Of a stretch of 64,000 nt of DNA, positions 10,946-21,018 are shown piece after piece. Positions within the stretch are counted from its first letter, which is position 1. Each line of letters starts with the position of its first letter. The notes under the pieces are model-generated. The model did no database searches and was not told the origin of the DNA. It saw only the letters and a list, made by a program, of their open reading frames with translations. The DNA comes from Anaerohalosphaeraceae bacterium. GTDB taxonomy: Bacteria > Planctomycetota > Phycisphaerae > Sedimentisphaerales > Anaerohalosphaeraceae. The position numbers and the translations under genes are program-made. The DNA lies in the NCBI GenBank assembly GCA_963675525.2, contig CAXXSL010000011.1, forward strand, positions 448,001-512,000. Reading direction: 5' to 3'.

Positions 10946-11929
10946 TCAATCGGTTCTCAATTTCGGGTCCAGACAGTCCCGCAGTGCATCGCCAAATATA
11001 TTCAACGCCAGCGAAATAAAGAAGATCGCCACGGTCGCGGCGGCCATTTCCCACCAGACGTTGCGAGCCAGTTCGGTCCGTGCCGCGTCAATCATTGCTC
11101 CCCAACTGGGTTTGTCGGCCTCACCCAATCCCAGAAAGCTTAAAATCACCTCGGCATGAATGAAGCTGACAAATCGTAAGGAGAAGTTAATAATAATCAC
11201 ATGAAAAACATTCGGCAGCAGATGAATGAAAATAATCCGCCCGGAGGAGCAGCCTATCGCACGGGCGGCCAATACATATTCGCTTTCTTTGCGTTTGATG
11301 ATCTCCCCGCGAATCAGCCGGCAGATGCCAACCCAACTGGTTAAACCAATCGCCAGATAGACCGCCGTAATCCCTTTAATTTCAAGACCGAAGATCGTTC
11401 GTTCGCGCAGCACCACCGCAAAAGCCATGACCAGCAGGATATAAGGGATCGTGCTGAGTGTCGTATAAAACCAGACAATGACATCATCTACCCAGCCGCG
11501 ATAGTAACCGGCGATGGCCCCCAGCGGCACCCCGATCAACAGGCTGATGAATGACGCGCACAACGCCACGGTAATGGATGTCTTGGCGCCATATACCATC
11601 TTGCGGAAGGTTGACTGGCCGAGAAAATCCGTCCCGAAAAATGTCCAGCCTTTTTCGGGAACATCCTGCCCCTCCGGCGTCCATTCATAGTCTAACCACG
11701 GTTTCTGATAGGAAGGCCCAACGGATTGCCGCCAGTCAAACAACGAAATCTTCCATTCAAAGGCCTCATTAAGATAAATCAGTCCGGCCAGAATGAAATA
11801 CACCAGTACAATGAAAAAACATACCATCGCGAACTTGCGTTTGCGCAGGCGACGGAGCCCATCGGCCCAAAGGCTGCGGCCCTTGACCGGCTTTGAATTT
11901 TCAGTTGTCGTCGTTAAATCAGTCATCAT
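10946..11929 (-). CDS. oppC: Peptide ABC transporter permease (OppC/DppC)
   Basis: [35 protein letters not shown]. Confidence 0.92.
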   Translation of the reverse strand: MMTDLTTTTENSKPVKGRSLWADGLRRLRKRKFAMVCFFIVLVYFILAGLIYLNEAFEWKISLFDWRQSVGPSYQKPWLDYEWTPEGQDVPEKGWTFFGTDFLGQSTFRKMVYGAKTSITVALCASFISLLIGVPLGAIAGYYRGWVDDVIVWFYTTLSTIPYILLVMAFAVVLRERTIFGLEIKGITAVYLAIGLTSWVGICRLIRGEIIKRKESEYVLAARAIGCSSGRIIFIHLLPNVFHVIIINFSLRFVSFIHAEVILSFLGLGEADKPSWGAMIDAARTELARNVWWEMAAATVAIFFISLALNIFGDALRDCLDPKLRTD

Positions 11930-11947
11930 GTTTTAGCCGCTTCAATC

Positions 11948-12035
11948 GGGTGGCATGTCTTCTCGCCAAAGGCGAAAGGCATGGTTCGCATGGTCTAACC
12001 ATCGCTTTGGCCTACGGCCAGAAGCGATGCCACCC
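11948..12035. repeat. Cloverleaf REP/REPIN-like palindromic element between oppB and oppC
   Basis: Outer inverted repeat GGGTGGCAT/ATGCCACCC enclosing three hairpins (TCGCC-AAA-GGCGA; ATGGTT..AACCAT; GGCC-TAC-GGCC). Confidence 0.65.
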
Positions 12036-12060
12036 AGAGAAACTGTCTTTTCTAAAAATC

Positions 12061-13212
12061 TCAGTCAAATTTCACCCGCGGGTCAACCCATGCGTAACAA
12101 ATATCTGTTAACAATGTAAAAAATGCGATCAACAACGCCAGTATGAACGTCATGGCATTCAAGACAAAAAAGTCGCGGGCGTTGATCGCCTCAATCATTA
12201 AGTACCCCAACCCCGGAATGCCGAAAAACCGCTCCAGCAATAAGGAACCGAGAATCAAATACGGAATCGATAAAACGACATTGGTCACAATCGGGATCAT
12301 AGCGTTTTTGAGGACATGTTTAAAAAGCACCTTGCGGGTGCTTAGCCCCTTGGCAAATGCCGTTCGGACATAATCGCTGCGAATCTCATCCAGCATGATC
12401 GTTCGGTAAAATCGAAGATTCGAACCCAACCCGGCAACAATGCCGATCAATGCCGGTAAAATCACACTGCAGCCCATCGGTCGATCCGGCGCGTAAAAGA
12501 TCGGAAACCAGTCCATTTTGTACGCAAAGAAATACTGGCCGAAGATAATAAAGCTTAAATAGGGGATGCTCATCCCCGCCACACACAAAATCACAATGAA
12601 ATGGTCCCACGCCGTCCCGCGCAGAAACGCAACAATTAAGGCAAAACTTATGGAAATGACCAGCGTCCCGATAAACATCGGAACCGTCAGTGCCAGCGAT
12701 GGGCCGACACCCCGACAAAGCTTCTCGCCGATCTTTTCCCGGTCCAAGGCCCGGCCGAAGTTGAACGTAAAGGCCTTTGTGAATTGAGCCAGAAATTGGC
12801 TGTCTAAATCCAACATTTTCCAAGCATTACTAATTTGCCCGCCCCATAAACGTTCCTTACATAACCCTCCAAGCCATTCTTGTTTCGCCCGTTGTCTTGC
12901 AAGAACTTTTTGATAATCTGTTACAATAACACGTTCACCATTACCAGCCTGATCAATATACTTCATCAACTCATTCGGGTCGGTAGGCTCTTGCCAGTGA
13001 TCCATTTCTAAAGGCTGATAACCCATGAACAACGGCTTGTCAAACCCGTATTCGTGGCGGATTTCGGCGATGGTTTCGGCATCGGCGTTCTTGCCGGCGA
13101 TCTGCTGGGAGATGTCGCCGCCGACCAACGTAAACAGGCAGAATGTCACCAGTAGTACGCCGATAACAATCGGGATCATATACAGCAGTCGTCGGATAAT
13201 ATACGCCGTCAT
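12061..13212 (-). CDS. oppB: Peptide ABC transporter permease (OppB/DppB)
   Basis: YIIRRLL, DYVRTAFAKGL, HVLKNAMIP, ERFFGIPGLG, YAWVDPRV. Confidence 0.92.
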   Translation of the reverse strand: MTAYIIRRLLYMIPIVIGVLLVTFCLFTLVGGDISQQIAGKNADAETIAEIRHEYGFDKPLFMGYQPLEMDHWQEPTDPNELMKYIDQAGNGERVIVTDYQKVLARQRAKQEWLGGLCKERLWGGQISNAWKMLDLDSQFLAQFTKAFTFNFGRALDREKIGEKLCRGVGPSLALTVPMFIGTLVISISFALIVAFLRGTAWDHFIVILCVAGMSIPYLSFIIFGQYFFAYKMDWFPIFYAPDRPMGCSVILPALIGIVAGLGSNLRFYRTIMLDEIRSDYVRTAFAKGLSTRKVLFKHVLKNAMIPIVTNVVLSIPYLILGSLLLERFFGIPGLGYLMIEAINARDFFVLNAMTFILALLIAFFTLLTDICYAWVDPRVKFD

Positions 13213-15053
13213 TGGTCTTTGTTTTTTTCCTTTAACTCTTTCAGCAGCTTTTTATACGCCTTTTGATTTTCCATGTCAACCCGAATGTACTTCATATAAC
13301 CATAAAGGAACGGATGAGGTTTGTAATTTTCAAGCCATCCATGATAAAGTGTGTATTGCACACGATGGTTTGTGAAAACCGCCGAATAATCCTCCAGCAC
13401 CATGCGTTCCATCTTACGATATAATGCCGTTCGCTCAGGTCCCGGAAACATTACCTCGGCCTGTTCATACAATCGGTCGTATTCCGGATTGGAATAGAAA
13501 AACGAATTGCCCAGCGGGGCAAAATATTTCGTGGCAAACATCATCAAAACGCCCAGCGCATCCGGCGTCGAAAACCGAACTCCCCCACCGCCTAAAATCT
13601 GATGCTGTCCCTTATTCATTTTTTCCACATACGTCGGCCAGTCTGTGTAGTCATTTCTAACCTGAAGGCCAACGGCCTCAAACTGTCTTTCGATAAATTG
13701 ACCGAACTGGCGGGCAAAGGTACTTCCCCCCACATTACCAATGACCAGTTCCGGGATCGGTCCCCCCTGTATCTTTTCCGCCTCGACGATCAGTCGTTCG
13801 GCTTCCTGGGGATCATAACGCATGTAATGTTGACTCTGAATACCGGGATCATACTCATTCAGAAGCGGATGAATGATACTGTGGGCAACGCGCCAGCGAC
13901 CATTATAAAACAAGTTATTCAGTTTTTCACGATCGAGCGCACAACACAATGCTTCGCGAAGCGGCTTGTTCTTTCCCAGAACAGGATCATGCATATTAAA
14001 GCCAATATAATATAATGACGGCTGATCGGTAACGGCCAGTTGAATATTCCGCTGACGCATCTGTTCTTTGGGGCGCTGCGCATATAAATCAACGGCACTT
14101 GAAAAATTGTCTTTCGGAATCCCGGCGATGTCCAATTCTCCACGCATAAACAGCAGCCACATCGGCTGTTCTTCTTCGATGACACGGAAGATAATTCGGT
14201 CAATAAAGGGAAGCGTCTTGCCTGCGTCTGCAAGTAAACCGGCTGTTTCATCTTCAGCGGTCCCTTCCGCCGGATAAACATCCTGGCGAAAAGACGGGTT
14301 TTTGACTAGTTCCAGGTACACTCCGCGATGCCACGACTTCAACATGTAAGGCCCGGTTCCTATTGGATGAGCGAGCATATCCTTTTGATAATAATCCACG
14401 GCCTCTTTGGCGACCGGCGCGGTAATAACACTTGTCAGGTCATCGACAACCTGGGGCCAGGGTTTGATAAACTTGATCTGCAGTGTATAATCGTCAAGCG
14501 CTTTGAGACCTTCGACCTCTTCGCTGTAATCGACTTCAAATTCATTTTTAAACTGTTTGGTGTATTCACGGAAATCATCCAGACCGATGATCCGCTCCTT
14601 AAAGCTGCCCCATTGTGTACTTGCATACCGGACATTCGCAATGCGTTTAAAGGCAAAAACGAAATCCTGCGCCTTCAGCTCTCTCCCCTTTCCGTTCGGA
14701 AAGCACGGATCATCCTGAAAATAGACCCCTTGTTTTATCCTGATCGTATAGGTCAGCTTGTCTTCACTAATATCCGGCATTCCATCGGCAAGAAGCGGTT
14801 CGATCACAAAGGGACGCTTCAGGTAGTGGTAGGTATAAAGCGACTCACATATCTGCGAAGCGATCAGGCTGCCGTAAACATCTTCAATGTTTCCGGTATC
14901 CAGATTTTTCACCTTCGCGACAAGAGAAAACCGGAAGACAGATTCGTCAGAAACACCCTCGGGGGCTTTTTTTCGGCAGCCGCTGACAATAAGCAAGATG
15001 ATGCAAACCACCGTCAAAAGCAACCAACTCAATTGTTGTGCAAATCGGTTCAT
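13209..15053 (-). CDS. Family 5 solute-binding lipoprotein (OppA-like)
   Basis: Lipobox VSGC; 'YTIRIKQGVYFQDDPCF', 'PIGTGPY'. Confidence 0.9.
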   Translation of the reverse strand: MNRFAQQLSWLLLTVVCIILLIVSGCRKKAPEGVSDESVFRFSLVAKVKNLDTGNIEDVYGSLIASQICESLYTYHYLKRPFVIEPLLADGMPDISEDKLTYTIRIKQGVYFQDDPCFPNGKGRELKAQDFVFAFKRIANVRYASTQWGSFKERIIGLDDFREYTKQFKNEFEVDYSEEVEGLKALDDYTLQIKFIKPWPQVVDDLTSVITAPVAKEAVDYYQKDMLAHPIGTGPYMLKSWHRGVYLELVKNPSFRQDVYPAEGTAEDETAGLLADAGKTLPFIDRIIFRVIEEEQPMWLLFMRGELDIAGIPKDNFSSAVDLYAQRPKEQMRQRNIQLAVTDQPSLYYIGFNMHDPVLGKNKPLREALCCALDREKLNNLFYNGRWRVAHSIIHPLLNEYDPGIQSQHYMRYDPQEAERLIVEAEKIQGGPIPELVIGNVGGSTFARQFGQFIERQFEAVGLQVRNDYTDWPTYVEKMNKGQHQILGGGGVRFSTPDALGVLMMFATKYFAPLGNSFFYSNPEYDRLYEQAEVMFPGPERTALYRKMERMVLEDYSAVFTNHRVQYTLYHGWLENYKPHPFLYGYMKYIRVDMENQKAYKKLLKELKEKNKDQ

Positions 15054-15056
15054 CTG

Positions 15057-16910
15057 TTATTTGAATGTCTTTCTATATTCGTCGCGTTTTTTCGCATCGA
15101 TTTTATAGTATTTTAACTTTCCGAACCCAATTGTATCGGCTTTATACGGGTCCGGCTTGAGATTTTCCAGCCAGGCATGATGTATGATATACCCCACCTG
15201 GTGGTAGATAAAAGCACTCGGCATTTCCTCCACGACAATACGCTGGGCCCGCCGGTAAAGTTCGGTTCGCTCGGGGCAGTCCGGCATGACCGACACCCGC
15301 TCATAGATCGCGTCAAATTCGGGGTTGCTGAAGCTGGTATTGTTCGGCCAGGAGGCGTTTGGGGTATAATAACAACTCAGAAAACTTTCCGCATCGGGAT
15401 AATCCGCCATCCAGCCGGTAAAGAACATCTGCATACCGCTCGTTCGCAGTTTTTCCAGGAATGTGGGCCAGTCAAATAACTCGATCTCGACCTCCAGACC
15501 GATCTCGGAAAGACTGCGGCTTAAGAATTGCAGCGTTTGCTTTTGTTTGGTACCCGTTCGGCCAATGGCCATCCGCAGTTTGGGAATGGGACCTCCGTTT
15601 ATTTTTTCAGCCTCTTTCAAACAGGCTTTGGCCTTTTCAAGGTCAAACCGGCACGGTGACCAGTCTTTAATGCTTTCATCGTACCCGGCCATGATCAGCG
15701 GAATGAATCCAAAAGCGGGCTTGCCCTTGCTGCTTTCAATGATGTCAATGAATCTTTCGCGGTCGATGGCATAATTGATGGCATACCGCAACGGCTTGTT
15801 GTGGCCGAGGATCGGATCATTCATGTTCATCGAAAGCCAAAACGTGCTTGGTTCATCGAATAATTTCAGTACCATCTGCCGCTGCTTCATTTCCTCCGTC
15901 AGTTCGGTTCCCATGGAGACCGCCTGCCCAAAGTTATCCTTGGGGATCGAGTTGATGTCAATATCCCCCCGCATCAACAGCAGCCATCGCGGCTGGTCCT
16001 CAACAATAACCCGCCAGAAAACACGGTCGATAAACGGCACTTGTTTGCCTGCATCGGCCAGCAAGCCCGCCTCCGCGTCGCCTGGATTTCCTTCGGAGGG
16101 GTAAAAATCCTGCCGGTAATTGGGATTGCGAACGGCTTCCAGATAAACCCCGCGGTGCCATTGCTTTAAAATAAACGGACCTGTGCCGACCGGATGCTTG
16201 ACAATGTCTTCCATGTAATAATCGACCGCCTCTTTTGCCATTGGGACCGTCGGCAGAAAGGCCAGCCAATAGATCAACTGCGGCCACGGACGGTTCAATT
16301 TGATAACAAAGGTAAAATCATCTTCAGCATAAAGCCCCTCAACCGGACGGGCATAATCGACCCCATCCTTCGAACAGGTCTTGGTATAGTTCCGAAAATC
16401 ATCCAGTCCCACGATTCGGCCCTTAAAAATATACCAATTTTTGCTTTTGACTTTAACATCAGCAAGACGTTTAAAGGCAAACACAAAATCATGCGCCGTA
16501 AGCTGGCGCCCCTTGCCATCCGGAAAACAAGGATCATCATGGAAGTAGACGCCTTTTTTGACGGGAATGCGATAGGTCTTTCCGTCGTCGCGAATATCAG
16601 GCATTCCATCGGCCAACTCAGGAATAATCTGCTGGGGACGTTTGAGGTAATGATAACCGTAAAGGGATTCATGAAATTCCCTGCAGACGCCATCCGAGGT
16701 CGTATCGCCAACATTCGCCGGATCCAGTGTCTGGATCTTGGCTTCGATTCGTTCATTGAGTACAACTTCCTGCCCGTCCGGTGAAGATGCCTTTTGTTTG
16801 CACGAGAGGGAGAAAAGAAACAGGAAACCAAACACGCCGGACAGTAGAACTTTATAAAGAAGCGTCCTGCGATGTGCTTTCGGAATGTTCAGGGACGAAA
16901 CGTTTTGCAT
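15057..16910 (-). CDS. Family 5 solute-binding lipoprotein (OppA-like), paralogue of the adjacent gene
   Basis: Lipobox SLSC; 'KKGVYFHDDPCF', 'PVGTGPF', 'GWMADYPDAESFL'. Confidence 0.9.
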   Translation of the reverse strand: MQNVSSLNIPKAHRRTLLYKVLLSGVFGFLFLFSLSCKQKASSPDGQEVVLNERIEAKIQTLDPANVGDTTSDGVCREFHESLYGYHYLKRPQQIIPELADGMPDIRDDGKTYRIPVKKGVYFHDDPCFPDGKGRQLTAHDFVFAFKRLADVKVKSKNWYIFKGRIVGLDDFRNYTKTCSKDGVDYARPVEGLYAEDDFTFVIKLNRPWPQLIYWLAFLPTVPMAKEAVDYYMEDIVKHPVGTGPFILKQWHRGVYLEAVRNPNYRQDFYPSEGNPGDAEAGLLADAGKQVPFIDRVFWRVIVEDQPRWLLLMRGDIDINSIPKDNFGQAVSMGTELTEEMKQRQMVLKLFDEPSTFWLSMNMNDPILGHNKPLRYAINYAIDRERFIDIIESSKGKPAFGFIPLIMAGYDESIKDWSPCRFDLEKAKACLKEAEKINGGPIPKLRMAIGRTGTKQKQTLQFLSRSLSEIGLEVEIELFDWPTFLEKLRTSGMQMFFTGWMADYPDAESFLSCYYTPNASWPNNTSFSNPEFDAIYERVSVMPDCPERTELYRRAQRIVVEEMPSAFIYHQVGYIIHHAWLENLKPDPYKADTIGFGKLKYYKIDAKKRDEYRKTFK

Positions 16911-16950
16911 CTCTTCCTGCGGGAGTTTCCGTGTTTAATTCAAGATTTGT

Positions 16951-18081
16951 TTATTCTTCCGTATCGGTGATCTTTGCCGGAGGCGCAGGCATCTGAGGCG
17001 GTTCGGTCAGCGGCTTGCCGGAGGCGTCTTTGCCATATTCAAATTGATAAATCATGGCTAAATCCCCCTTCCGCAAGCGGTCGCCAAAGATCGATTCGTA
17101 TTCACGGTCCAAGCGTGAGTTCTGCTGAATCGCCCTCGATACACCCGTCTGCGGAATATTGAGCATTTTGGCAAGTACCTCCTTGTCAACTTCCAGGATC
17201 ACTGTAACAGCCGCTTCGATCTGCCAGTCCGAAAGAACGTCTTGCCCCATCTGGTACCGCTGAAATACAAGCGCATACAACCGGGCAAATTGACGGGCAA
17301 ATGACGCTTTGACAGCTTCGTCTTCCTGAATCATCGCGATATTCCCCATCGCGATAAGCAGTTTGGTATCTACCTCCTCGCTTTCAACCGACCAATTCAT
17401 ATACGATTCGATACGCCTTTCGGCAATGGTCTGAAGAATCTCTCGAGCCGTCGGGTGATCGATCACTCCGGCAAAATTAATGATCATTACCATAATGTCC
17501 GCCTGCTGCTCAAAGACAATACGCCCTTTAAGACCATTTAAAATCGCAGCCTTGGCGTCTTCATCAGCCGTCACTTCGGAAGACAACGCCTGGATCACAC
17601 CGGAGTTGGTCACAGCTCTGACAGCCCAATACCGAATGACCGGGTCACCATCATCCAGACGGCTTAATGCCAATTCAGCCAATTCGGGATCTTTCAGTTG
17701 TGCGGTCAGGATCATCAGATTCTGTTCAAGCATCTGCTTCTTCACGGGATCATCTATCCGCTGAGCGTTTTGAAAGGCGACCTTGAGACTCTCATTCGCA
17801 CCTGAAATATAAGCGGAAGTGTAAAAGGAAAGAGGCATCGAACCTTTCTGCTCTTCGATTTGTCTGCGAATCTCCACCACTTCCTGCGAATCATCAGACA
17901 GCAGCATTGTGTTGATCGCTTTATCCCAGAACTTTGTAATGAGACCGAGATCGGTGCTGTCAAGCTCAGAGCGGCTTGCCTCGTTACGAAGCCGCACCTC
18001 GCTAATTTCTGTTACGTCAATCGCATAAAGGCAGGGAGCCATAATAAAAAGAAGACTCAAACAGACAAGAATTCGCTTCAT
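16951..18081 (-). CDS. Secreted helical hypothetical protein (HEAT-like repeat)
   Basis: Signal peptide; 'LSRLDDGDPVIRYWAVRAV' HEAT-like motif. Confidence 0.65.
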   Translation of the reverse strand: MKRILVCLSLLFIMAPCLYAIDVTEISEVRLRNEASRSELDSTDLGLITKFWDKAINTMLLSDDSQEVVEIRRQIEEQKGSMPLSFYTSAYISGANESLKVAFQNAQRIDDPVKKQMLEQNLMILTAQLKDPELAELALSRLDDGDPVIRYWAVRAVTNSGVIQALSSEVTADEDAKAAILNGLKGRIVFEQQADIMVMIINFAGVIDHPTAREILQTIAERRIESYMNWSVESEEVDTKLLIAMGNIAMIQEDEAVKASFARQFARLYALVFQRYQMGQDVLSDWQIEAAVTVILEVDKEVLAKMLNIPQTGVSRAIQQNSRLDREYESIFGDRLRKGDLAMIYQFEYGKDASGKPLTEPPQMPAPPAKITDTEE

Positions 18082-18138
18082 TTTTTTGTCCAATTCTAAA
18101 ATAATCGAATAAATCCGTTAAACACCAAAGGTTCAGGA

Positions 18139-18167
18139 AGAATACATCAGTGTGTATAATCTGTCAA
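18139..18167 (-). promoter_or_regulatory. Sigma70 promoter (HEAT protein-opp operon)
   Basis: TTGACA-17 bp-TATTCT. Confidence 0.6.
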
Positions 18168-18435
18168 GAAAATTCATTTCTCAAGGACCTGAGAGTCTTT
18201 TTTATATAATAAGAACAGAAAACCAAGCGAAAACAAATACGCCACATTTGTTAATATAGGAATTTTAGATAGTTTATTTAATATTTTAATCCAGATAAAC
18301 ACTTATAAATAAACCGTTTTATTGGACCACAATATTCGCTGTTTCAATCGTATCTCTTTTTATTATATTAACTTATCTAATATTTTCTGAATCAATATCA
18401 TGCTGAACTCAAAAACATTCCTTTCCTATTTTATC

Positions 18436-18464
18436 TAAAGTTTTTTATGACAGTATTCCGATTT
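18436..18464 (+). promoter_or_regulatory. Sigma28-like promoter candidate
   Basis: TAAAG-N16-TCCGATTT; the spacer contains a T6 run. Confidence 0.4.
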
Positions 18465-18559
18465 AACACCCATAACGCCCATATTACCTATTTTAACATT
18501 TAATAAAGAAAGAGTTGACCATGAGAAATAGCCAAATTAACATGAATGAGAGGAACCAA

Positions 18560-19288
18560 ATGAATAATGAGCTGATTCTTGAGCGTTACATGCGTGCCCT
18601 ATTAACCGGAGACAGAAATCAATGCCGAACTGTCATCGAGGAAGCTCTTCAGGCCGGAACAACCGCACACAAAGTCTATATGGACATTATTTGGCCCATC
18701 ATGGTCGATATCGACAAGCTTTATCGCGAAGACAAAATCGATTCGGCGCAGGAAGCGTTTGCTTCTCGAATTAACCGTTCAATCGTCAACCAGCTCCAGA
18801 ACAAGCTGCCCCGCCGTCCCGGGAAGACCAAAAAGATTGTTATCGTAACCGAATCCTCAGAGCAGGGCGAACTGGGCGGCCAAATGCTGAACGACCTTTT
18901 TGAAAGCGACGGCTGGAACTGTCGTTTTCTGGGCGGAACGGTCAACAATGACGACATTCTATCATTTGTTCATAGTTATGCTCCGGATGTTTTGCTTTTA
19001 TACGGCTACAATGGGAGTGATGCCCCCACGATACGGCAGTTGATCGATACGATCCGCGGTGTTAACGCATTTCCTGAAATGCGAATCATGCTTTCCGGCG
19101 GGATCTTTTCACGTGCAGAAGGCCTCTGGGAAGAAATCGGTGCGGACCTGTATGCGGAGACCGCCTCTGAAGCGGTCAACATGGCACAATTACCGCAGGA
19201 CCGAGTACCGCAACCGACACGTATGATCAAGCAGCGTTACCAGACCAATATGGCCGAATCGGAAGAGCTTGAAATTTCCGTCACCTAA
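18560..19288 (+). CDS. Cobalamin-binding-fold protein (B12-binding_2 cap + Rossmann), both His ligands absent
   Basis: 'YMRALLTGD..IIWPIMVDIDKLY..IDSAQEAFAS', 'EQGELGGQML..FESDGW..FLG', 'IMLSGG', 'IGADLYA'. Confidence 0.8.
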   Translation: MNNELILERYMRALLTGDRNQCRTVIEEALQAGTTAHKVYMDIIWPIMVDIDKLYREDKIDSAQEAFASRINRSIVNQLQNKLPRRPGKTKKIVIVTESSEQGELGGQMLNDLFESDGWNCRFLGGTVNNDDILSFVHSYAPDVLLLYGYNGSDAPTIRQLIDTIRGVNAFPEMRIMLSGGIFSRAEGLWEEIGADLYAETASEAVNMAQLPQDRVPQPTRMIKQRYQTNMAESEELEISVT

Positions 19289-19321
19289 AGGATTCTCTTT
19301 TTCTTCAGTACTCTTTGTTGA

Positions 19322-19361
19322 AAATGCCGGCGGGTTTTCCTGCCGGCATTCTCAACAAAAA
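19322..19361. terminator. Stem-loop, probable terminator
   Basis: AATGCCGGCGGG-TTTT-CCTGCCGGCATT. Confidence 0.55.
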
Positions 19362-19401
19362 AAGACCTGTATTGGTGGCTAATAAAAAACTTATAAAATA
19401 T

Positions 19402-19430
19402 TTGCATTGACCCCGGTAAATCGCTATAAG
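19402..19430 (+). promoter_or_regulatory. Sigma70 promoter for PTS IIA
   Basis: TTGCAT-17 bp-TATAAG. Confidence 0.55.
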
Positions 19431-19493
19431 TGAACCCTTGTTTGTTCGGATGAAATACTTAATTCTATTATTATTGATTTTGGCAGTGTACAA

Positions 19494-19952
19494 ATGATTT
19501 TAACACAAATACTACAACCCTCTTGTATTAAGGCACCGCTTGCCTGCAAGAATAAAGAAGACGTTATCGAAGAGTTAATCAACTGTTTAGCTGATAACGG
19601 CTTAATTTCAGATCGAGGCGAGGCCTTCGAGGCTGTGATGACTCGTGAGCAAACCCGCAGCACCGGTATCGGCTCCGGTATCGCGATCCCTCACGGAAAA
19701 TGCTCGGCCACCAAGGAACTGGTCATGGCGATCGGCATTGCCTCCGAACCGATCGAATTTGAAAGCATCGACAACAAACCCGTTTCAATTGTTCTTTTGC
19801 TTGTTTCTCCTCCGGACCAGACCGGCCCGCACATTCAGGCGCTGGCACGCATTAGCCGGCTCATGCTGGATGCACAGTTCAAGAGCCAAATGGAGAAAGC
19901 CGCCTCGCCTGAAGAAGTCTATGATCTTGTCAGCTCAAAAGAGACAGAATAA
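19494..19952 (+). CDS. PTS IIA component (Fru/Ntr type)
   Basis: REQTRSTGIGSGIAIPHGK phospho-His motif; 'HIQALARISRL'. Confidence 0.92.
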   Translation: MILTQILQPSCIKAPLACKNKEDVIEELINCLADNGLISDRGEAFEAVMTREQTRSTGIGSGIAIPHGKCSATKELVMAIGIASEPIEFESIDNKPVSIVLLLVSPPDQTGPHIQALARISRLMLDAQFKSQMEKAASPEEVYDLVSSKETE

Positions 19953-19955
19953 GTC

Positions 19956-19993
19956 AAAAAGAGAAAGCTGTAATTAAGCTTTCTCTTTTTTTT
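19956..19993. terminator. Bidirectional intrinsic terminator
   Basis: AAAAAGAGAAAGCT-GTAATTA-AGCTTTCTCTTTTTTTT between converging genes. Confidence 0.75.
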
Positions 19994-20013
19994 ATATCTC
20001 TGCAAATCAACGA

Positions 20014-20844
20014 TTATCGGGGTGGTGTCCCGCCCGACAACCATTGCATCAGGCAGTCATAGAATTCCTTGCGTACAGCCTTTTCCAGCCACGGGTAGTG
20101 TCCGCACTGTGACCAGGAGTGGTACTGCAAATGCGGGATATGCTGTATGAGGCTGTCACGAATCATCGGCCCCGGATGCGGGTCCTGATCACCATGCAGC
20201 ATAAGAACTGGTACGCCGATCGATTTAAACGCCGCCGGATAAGTCCCCTCATGTTGCAGCCGCAACATATCCCGCCAGGTTTGTTCATGGCCCAATGCAT
20301 CATAATAAACCACCTCGTCTTCGACATGTTTTAAATGATACGAATCGACCTGCATCATCAGCTTACCTTGCAGTTTCAGGCACTCGTCGGGGTCACTGAT
20401 GTATTCAATGCGTTCCTGCATCCTCTGGAAAACGTGTTGAGTCATACGCTGCCGGCGAATGGCATTCATCCGCTCACGTGAATCGGCATCAAAAGTACCG
20501 CAGCCAATCAAAACGATCGAGGCCGGGCGTTCGGGATGTGCGGCGGCATACGCCATCGCCAGCATCGCCCCCCAGGAATGTCCCACAAGGATCGGTTTTT
20601 CATCCGAACAATAAGCCTCGATCACCCCGCCCAGATCCAAAATATGCCGTGCCACTGTCATGGGTTTAACGGGATCGCCTTTGCGCTGAAAGGGCTCAAT
20701 AACACGAAAATGTTCACCCAGCCTTTTCGCAACCGGCGCCATATAGCCCGGCGCCCCCGGTCCGCCGTGCAAAAGCACCCCTTTGGGCCCGCTGGTTCCG
20801 TACCGGCGTATTTGAATTAAATCGCTTTCCGCATCGCTGTTCAT
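20014..20844 (-). CDS. Alpha/beta hydrolase (proline iminopeptidase-like)
   Basis: LHGGPG, GHSWG nucleophile motif, HGDQD, CGHYPWLE. Confidence 0.88.
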   Translation of the reverse strand: MNSDAESDLIQIRRYGTSGPKGVLLHGGPGAPGYMAPVAKRLGEHFRVIEPFQRKGDPVKPMTVARHILDLGGVIEAYCSDEKPILVGHSWGAMLAMAYAAAHPERPASIVLIGCGTFDADSRERMNAIRRQRMTQHVFQRMQERIEYISDPDECLKLQGKLMMQVDSYHLKHVEDEVVYYDALGHEQTWRDMLRLQHEGTYPAAFKSIGVPVLMLHGDQDPHPGPMIRDSLIQHIPHLQYHSWSQCGHYPWLEKAVRKEFYDCLMQWLSGGTPPR

Positions 20845-20957
20845 GGCGGGTATTATATCAATCCACAGGCAGTATGGAAGTTTTTTTGTCGTTTCTTTGC
20901 TATGTATGAGATCGGATTGTTTAAGTCCTGTTTTTGAGGCGGCACCCTCAACAACAT

Positions 20958-20991
20958 AAAAAAAGCCCCTGCTGAATAAGCAAGGGCTTTT
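20958..20991. terminator. Intrinsic terminator
   Basis: AAAAAAAGCCCCTGCT-GAATA-AGCAAGGGCTTTTT. Confidence 0.7.
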
Positions 20992-21018
20992 TGCTGTTAC
21001 ATTGCTGAATAATCATGC

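Noticed and set aside
11948..12035. tRNA gene
   Set aside because: Cloverleaf-like, but lacks the TTCRA T-loop, D-loop GG and canonical stem lengths.
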